A DNA stretch of 55,689 nt, the filler included, from Jimgerdemannia flammicorona (Eukaryota): the NCBI GenBank assembly GCA_003990765.1. It is 3 parts of 3 records of this genome, joined end to end, with 100 filler letters (N's around TTAATTAATTAA, not from the genome) between each part and the next. Parts side by side here need not be neighbours in the genome. Positions count along the whole stretch, not along the records: positions 37,199 to 55,689 come from RBNJ01002199.1; 2 more parts are not named here. The stretch is one strand, 5' to 3'. Positions 48,954 through 55,689 of this stretch are shown here, piece by piece. Numbering within the stretch: the first letter of the stretch is position 1; each line of letters begins with the position of its first letter. Both the position numbers and the translations under genes were made by a program. Under the pieces are notes generated by a model, which was not told the origin of the DNA, ran no database searches, and saw only the letters and a program-made list of their open reading frames with translations.

Positions 48954-50044
48954 GTCACCTTGACTGTCTTCATCGCCCCTTCCGCCTGCGCCGCATGGTC
49001 AACCAGCTGCGCTCCATTGATCTACGTCACTTCCACACAGAGGGTTGTCAACTTCACCTGCACCGTCGAGCCAACCGTCCCGGACCACCTTCGTGGCGAC
49101 TCGCGGTGGCTCATGCGGATCGTCGTCAACGCCCTCGGGAAAGCATTCATGTTCACCAGCGTGGGTGGCGTCGTCGTCGTCAAGGTAGGCCGTCTCCTTG
49201 CGGTGCAGCGTCGTCCCACGCCACCTTGATCCCCCTTCTGACGCTGCGCGACGACAGCTCGAATTCCAATATGACGATTGCCGATCCGTTGCCGGCGTTG
49301 ACGCTGGCACACAGCAATGAGAATACGGTCGCACTTGAGTTCACCATCATTGACACGGGCATCGGCATCCCCACCGACTGACACCACCTGCTTTCAAATC
49401 CTTCTCCCAGCTCGACTCATCCCACAGCCGAAAGTTTGGCGGTACGGGCTCGGGCTTGCCATCTCCAAGAAGCTCGTCGAGGTCAAGGGCGGCACCATGT
49501 GGTTCGAGAGGACTACCACCGGCGGCGGTAACGGCGGTGCGAGTCTTAGTAGGCAACTGTCGGGGACTCCTTCCTTATTCCGCGTGCCGTTCACGAGGGT
49601 GCTAGGGGAACGAGGGATCTGAGGAGCTTACGTCCGCTTCGAGGCCCAAGCCCGGCGAGCCGCGGAGTTTATTGCTGGCCGAGGATAATGTCATAAACCA
49701 AGAATTGCGAGGTGCATGCTGACGAAGCTGAGACACCGCGTTGTATCACCGTCAACAGGGTCGAGGCCGTAGCGAATTCTAGCGCAGCGTCGGAGGCGGT
49801 GTTGGATGTGGATCAGAGCGTGAGATTCGATGTCATGATACTCATGGATGTTTTGGTTTGTTTTTTACGATGCTTGATTAAATTCTCCGCCCAACTCCAA
49901 AAGGCGACAACTCACCCACCGTCTCTCTCCCTCACATCTCTAGATGCCCGAGATGGATACCAGGAGGTGTGCCTGCGCGCCGGGATGGACGGCTTCGTCG
50001 CAAAACCCACCCATCGAAGTCAAGGCCTTAATCAAAATGTCTAA
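48954..50044 (+). pseudogene. Hybrid histidine kinase C-terminal remnant (HATPase + receiver)
   Basis: VPDHLRGD..NALGKAFMFT (N box), IDTGIGIP (G1), FKSFSQLDSS..FGGTG / GLAISKKLVE..GG (F, G2), LLAEDNVINQ, ILMDV, AGMDGFVAKP, spread over different frames with stops. Confidence 0.88.
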
Positions 50045-50873
50045 CCACGCCCAGTAATTGACATGAAACCTTCTTCCCCCCCACAACATCTCCCAAAACC
50101 GTCATCATATGCGTATTACTCAGCAACCTGCTCCACATTTTCCGTCACGACTATTTCGACTGCATTCGCGGCATCTGCAACGATTCCTCAGGCGCATTCT
50201 TCACTTCGTTTCCTTTTTCATTGATTTTCTTTATACGAGGAACGCTCCGCTCCATATTGATGTTGCCAGAGCATTGTTATTGCATTCAATATTCGTGCCG
50301 AATGAATAAAAATTTGACTAGTACACCAGAAAGAGTATTAGGACAGCTTGCTGAGAAACGACAAAGCCCAAAAATTCTTGTGACGACACCATACCAGTCC
50401 GAAACAAGCAACACCAGTGCCGATCGGCCATGTAAAAAATCGAATAAATGCCCCAGAGCAGCAACTTGTTCAAATACGTTCTTTGCTTTTTTTATTCATG
50501 AAGTTCCAGACACATTCACCACTGATTAATATATAGAATCACCTGACCAACGGCCTAGGCCAAGTGGATATCACATGACCACCACTTACTGGCTACGTGA
50601 TCCGGACTGAGATCACATGACCCCATCTAGACCCTGACTGTCTACGTAGTGGTAGGCCTAGAATCACATGACCGCCACTGACCGCCACTGACCATCTACG
50701 TAGTCATCATGTGATCCTCGGTAGAATCACATGATCCCCCAATATCCAAAGGCGCGCCAAGCTGAAGCTGCTTCTCTACCACGACTAGAATTCCCGAAGG
50801 ACCTTCTGTGTGATGTTCGAAGAAAGCCTGGTCTGTTCCACGTAATCCTCTGACGACGACAACGATTGCATAC

Positions 50874-51150
50874 GAGCAGGTGTACAGCGAGCAGGCGGAC
50901 GGCGAGCAGGCGTACGGTGAGGATGCGTGCGGCGAGGGTGTGTACAACGAGCCTACGTACAGCGAGCTGGAGAACGGCGAGCCGATATACGGCGAGCCGG
51001 AGTACAATGAGCAGGAGTACGGCGAGCAGGTGTACCGCGAGCAGATGTACGACGAGCAGGCATATGGCGAGCATGTGTACCGCGAGCAGACATACGGCGA
51101 TCAGGCATAAGCGAGCAAGCGTACAGCGAGCAGGCGTACAGCGAGCAGGC
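50874..51150. repeat. 15-bp minisatellite, ~18-19 diverged units (consensus GAGCAGGYGTACGGC)
   Basis: Regular GAG every 15 nt, one 14-nt unit near 51100; coding strand unclear. Confidence 0.9.
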
Positions 51151-52599
51151 GAGCGGTAGCAAGCAAGTGAACGACGGCGAGTAGTCAAATGGAATTCGCT
51201 CATCGATGAGGACGTTCCGGCCCGAGTTCCCGTTCCATCCAATTCCATCAGGACGGGACACAATCGCACAGTGTGCGCGGCGGACGTGCAAGGTGTGGAG
51301 GCATGATGGAGACGAGGGAGGATTTATACGGAGGTTAAGACGATGCGCAACGATTGAGGGCAAAAGAGCAATTTGAAATGACATGTCACAAATTTGGATA
51401 GTTTAATAATAGTGTAAGGCATTAATTCGGCCATTCTACACATCATCGAATGCCACCACGCATCACAGATGCATTATATATTAAATAAATGTGAGCGTGA
51501 ATGTGCGCCGTGTGGTGACCTGCGACGTATTTTCGGCGGCATTAAGACGTTGCACACAAGATATGTTGTTCAGCGTACACGGACTACGATACGCTGTGCG
51601 ACTATCCAAATTGATGTCAAAGAAATTCCATGGCATGGTATAATTCGCGTACATTGCAGAATGGGTGATACAGGAACAGGTATTTTACCAAGGATGTTAG
51701 ATAGGGGGGTCTTGTCTTCTTTCCATTATTCTGCTGTGATTGTGATGATCTAAACAAAGGGCGTAGTAAATTTTATTTCTCGCCCAATTTGCGAGCTACA
51801 GAAAGGATCACATATACCTAAACTTACATCAATGTCTCCCTTACAGTCCGATCAATAATGGCCCTCATCCACTTAATTCAAGCCGTCGTTCGATAAAATT
51901 GGTCTTTCGCGGAAATCAGTGGCCACCTTTGACACTAGGGATAACGGCCCACCTGCACTGGTTAAAAATCATGGCTGGCCATACTTTCAACTATATCCCG
52001 GTGTATGTATTTGGGGAACTTTTTTTCTGTTCTCCGCCCACAATTTTCTATATTCTAAAAGCCTGCAATATTGTTCACCCGTGAGCAAGACACCGCGTTG
52101 ATGAAGCTAACTGGTTCGAGAGATTCGTAACATAGCTCAATCGAGGCGAAGGTAAGAATCGATAAGATAGCAAAGCGATTGCTCGGAGGTGGCTGAGAAG
52201 GTATATAATGCAGCTGGCGTTAAATTCGGATAGAAATCGGCGAGAGCACACGCAACGGAGCTTTGAATAATCTGGCTCTCTCGGTTACATAGGAATAGTG
52301 AAAATATGGATTCGAGGTTCGTATGCCTTGATATGGTACGGCAGCTGCCATTTTCAGGTCTGTAACGTCCTTAACGGAGAGGGAAATTAATTTTTGATGG
52401 TCGAAATTAGGCGGAGACAAATTCGCTCCTACTACGAAGCAGTTTAGGCAGGTTTCGTAATACATAATCGGAAGAAAAACAATGGAATATTTTCGTCACG
52501 GATTGTGAGGTTTTGAGATGGTCTGAAAATGCCACAGTGCAGTGACTTTTCTGTTATGCAAGTGGAAAAAATTGAGGTGGATATCGAATAGCTGAGGGA

Positions 52600-52957
52600 T
52601 GGTTTTCGCGCCGGAATGGGCTACCTACTGCTTGCGCTCATAGCTGAATTTCATGCTGGCACTCCTGACGTCGCCTTTTGTGGTGCTTGCACATTAGCCC
52701 ATCAACGAATCCACAAGCTTTTGCCAAAGTTTCCCGCTCAATCTGCATACATCTTCATATATCTGCAAGTCTTCTCTCTCCCTGCAACCAATGGCGAGCT
52801 CTTCCCAGAAGAGCAGTAGAGCGACGGCGCGCCAGTCGTAGTAGACGTGTTAGTTGAAGAAGTCGGTGCGAGTGAGATGATGTCCAATGGTGTCATTCGG
52901 TGGAATGGTTTTAAAGATGGTGGCGAGTGTATCGAGAGGAAGTGTTGGAGTGGGCAT
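52600..52957 (-). pseudogene. F-box-like protein N-terminal remnant
   Basis: Manual translation from ATG 52957: MPTPTLPLDTLATIFKTI...DFFN*HVYYDWRAVALLLFWEEL fits LP..L..IF...V...W...A...LW; in-frame stops; 3' extent uncertain. Confidence 0.5.
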
Positions 52958-54784
52958 AATTGGTATGGCGGTGAGTGTTTCGAAAGAAAGTGTTTGAGTG
53001 GCCGTGGCTAGTAGCTCACTTTGGTTCAAGATGGTTTACTATGCCTCAAAGCTACAACGAAATAAACTACACCGTCCTCTTTCCCGACGTTATCGAATGG
53101 GTTCATCATTTACACATTTCGCGTCCGCGTTAATGCGACTTACAGTCCATTATGCTAGAAGGCGTCCATCGCTCTTTAAGGTACATGTAGCCTGTATATT
53201 TTCCTTTGAATTCTTCCGAATGGGCCTGATTCCATTTGGCTATTTGAATCTCGCTCATTTTGAAAGCCCTGTGGCATCGCACGGCACAGTCCGATAGCGA
53301 GCTTTGTGTCCAGCTGCGACCCTGCCAGAAGATCCGAAAGGCGAACTGCTCTGGGGCCTGCTCAAACTGTTTTGAGGAATCGGCCCACTTGACAAGTGGT
53401 ACACAAGCAATTTTGCATTCTCGTGCTTTAGTTAAATTCTTCCGCTATTCCCCACATATTCAAACTCTCGATAAGAGGACACATGCGCTGGCCATGATTG
53501 AAAAATAGAAAAGTAAACAAGATAGAATCAAAATATCAAAATCAACAAAAGGTACAATGAAATATCAAAGCGAGTATTGGGGGTAGAACGTATTTCAAAT
53601 AATTGTCGATTTCGGGTCTGAGCCGTGGAAACATAGCCAAAGGTTCGGGATTTCCATTTATACTATATACCGATGCTGCGTTACAGATTAATCAGACTTC
53701 GTCTCAAGTTGACTTTGTATTGCCGACATTTGAAAGAATATTGTATACTTAGAAATTATATTGATATATGTCCACATCAGCAAAAAACTCTTCTTATAAA
53801 CAAAAAATTCGCATACACTGCTAACTCACCCCGCGGACGATCCGAAAAACGAACCGCTTGGGGGGTGGGGGCCTGCTCATCTAAGCGCAAATTTTTTTAG
53901 AAGAAATGGTCCACCCAACACTACCATAATAAGCAGGAATGTTGCATTCTCATTAGTCATCTACGCTCTAAGATGCAGCTTTCCAAACCATCGACGAGAG
54001 AACACAAGTGCTGGCCATGATTGAAGAAAAAAAAAAAAAGAAAAAAAAATACATCGAGAAATCTCATGTCAATATGGCTTAGTAAAAGTTCGGGATATTT
54101 TTTATCCGTTAAAGTTTGAATATTTAGAATTGACTTTGTAGTACCGAGACCGGCGCGAGACCAGGACGTCTCGATCGGGGCTGGGACGAGACCAGGACGT
54201 CTCAACCGAAACAGGGATCAGTCCTATGATGTTATGGCTCGACGTGACCGAAAAGCCTCGGATCAGAAAGTTTCGTCGAGACCGGACAGGAAAGCGTCTG
54301 ACACTAAATATATTTGGTACTGAAAGAATGGTAACGACGTATATATGTATAATGATGACTTTGCTCTTAGGGGGAATCTATCGTTCAAGGTTTCCAATTT
54401 CACCGGCACCACACCAGAGGTACTCTGTCAAAATGGCATTCTGAGCTTAATTGCCTCAATCGCCTCGATAAACCAGGAGACCAGTGTCTGTCAATGTCAC
54501 AATAAAAAATTGCGCAGCAACATGGCCAAGACTCGGCACAGTGAGGCATCTCAATTTTGCAGGTAGCACAAGCTCGTATTTTGACAACCATGCTTACTAC
54601 AAGAGGATTATCTAATGGATCCAATTCGATTTGTGAGGTTTGGAAACTGAAGTTGCTATTTTCGGAGAACGTCGAAGGAACTGATTACCGAGCTTGCGGA
54701 GCTCGGAGTTATTTATATGGATAGGTACCACCCTTGCGAAAATGGTTTTCTTGATCACCAAACGAAAATCAGTATACACATCAA

Positions 54785-54990
54785 CCCGCCATGTCCCCCG
54801 TGTCTTTGAACACTTTCACCTTCCCGCTCTCGGATTGAATCCCCCACATGCAGAAATCTTTCAAAAACAGGAAGTTAACGGCAAAGTTCTTGTTCGACTT
54901 ACCAAAGCGACCCCAATGTAATTCGCCAGGTGGACCTGCGACCAAACAAAGGACAGAATTATTATCGAAAAATTGACTGTCACAGTTAAA
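54785..54990 (+). pseudogene. SAM-domain-like remnant
   Basis: LGLNPPHAEIFQKQEVNGKVLVRLTK, then frameshifted PGGPA, resembles the SAM pattern F....I.G..L..LT....GP. Confidence 0.45.
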
Positions 54991-55096
54991 AATATCATTC
55001 GAAACTTTTGTATCTTTGCTTAAACTTGAACATTTCATTTGCATGTATCTGACCTATTAACAGGGTTCAGTCAGTGTGCATCTCTCAAAGGTGCTT

Positions 55097-55097
<1 letters not shown>

Positions 55098-55140
<43 letters not shown>

Positions 55141-55689
55141 GAATGATGGCCATTTATCTCAGTATACATATTTTCATCTTGAATTGTAATATAATTTGAA
55201 ATTTAATTATATATAACAGCTATCAGTCAAAGAAATACTGATACTAAAATCAAATAAACAGAGGCTGAACTCAATGAGCCAAAGTACAATATTAAATCAG
55301 TGAGATAGAAGATCAAATCAACAATAGATAAGAAGAAGAAAAAAAAAAATTTATAAAGTTTAGAACACTTTTTGGATTATATTTATTTTCTCTCTCTATA
55401 TATTTAAATATTATAAGATATAAAGAAGATATTCTGAAATTATAAAAGTAATTATACTATAAATTATATAACTTTAAAATAAAAATAAAACAATCAGATT
55501 CTATATATATTTAGATTTTTTTTTATAAAATTAAAAGTAAGTTGAGATAAATATTAACTTATTATAATTACTAAATTATTTATTATTTAAATTTTATTAA
55601 TAGTATTATATAGGTTTAAAACTATATTTATACTTTAATTTAGAATAATATAAATTATAATAACTTCTTTACTTTTTTTTTTTTTTTTT
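55098..55689. other. Poly(T) tract followed by increasingly AT-rich degenerate sequence at contig end
   Basis: About 42 T at 55098-55139; almost no G/C after ~55350; no ORFs. Confidence 0.6.

Noticed and set aside
50874..51150. CRISPR-like array (also the 272-bp and 32-bp repeats)
   Set aside because: No unique spacers, no cas genes, eukaryotic context.
54146..54205. Duplicated CGAGACCAGGACGTCTC mini-hairpins
   Set aside because: Two short copies with no supporting context.

Overview
Eukaryotic, most likely fungal, DNA (spliceosomal introns, Zn-cluster-like genes, hybrid histidine kinase remnant). The window is three pieces of 18500, 18498 and 18491 bp joined by artificial 100-bp N-TTAATTAATTAA-N linkers, so they are probably unrelated size-sorted contigs. 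Piece 1 (1-18500) is a nest of decayed retroelements: a dUTPase-carrying Ty3/Gypsy pol interrupted by a 2-kb solo LTR (TSD TTATC), which is itself split by a 9-kb head-to-head inverted pair of endonuclease-less Penelope-like elements with poly(A) tails pointing outward; an L1/Tx1-like LINE follows. Piece 2 (18601-37098) holds a full-length decayed LINE, two more LINE fragments, the 3' half of another Gypsy, and a Gypsy element (LTR-PBS-gag-dUTPase-PR-RT-deleted-IN) whose 2-kb LTR carries its own ~365-codon ORF; a third, inverted copy of that LTR ends the piece. Piece 3 (37199-55689) is host-like DNA with three tandem paralogues encoding a variant six-cysteine zinc cluster (3, 0 and 1 introns), plus histidine-kinase, F-box and SAM-like remnants and minisatellites. 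Most notable: the two-ended Penelope-like insertion with a candidate -1 frameshift and structured terminal repeats, the LTR-encoded ORF, and the variant Zn-cluster gene array. All calls come from reading motifs by eye; no searches or folding programs were run.
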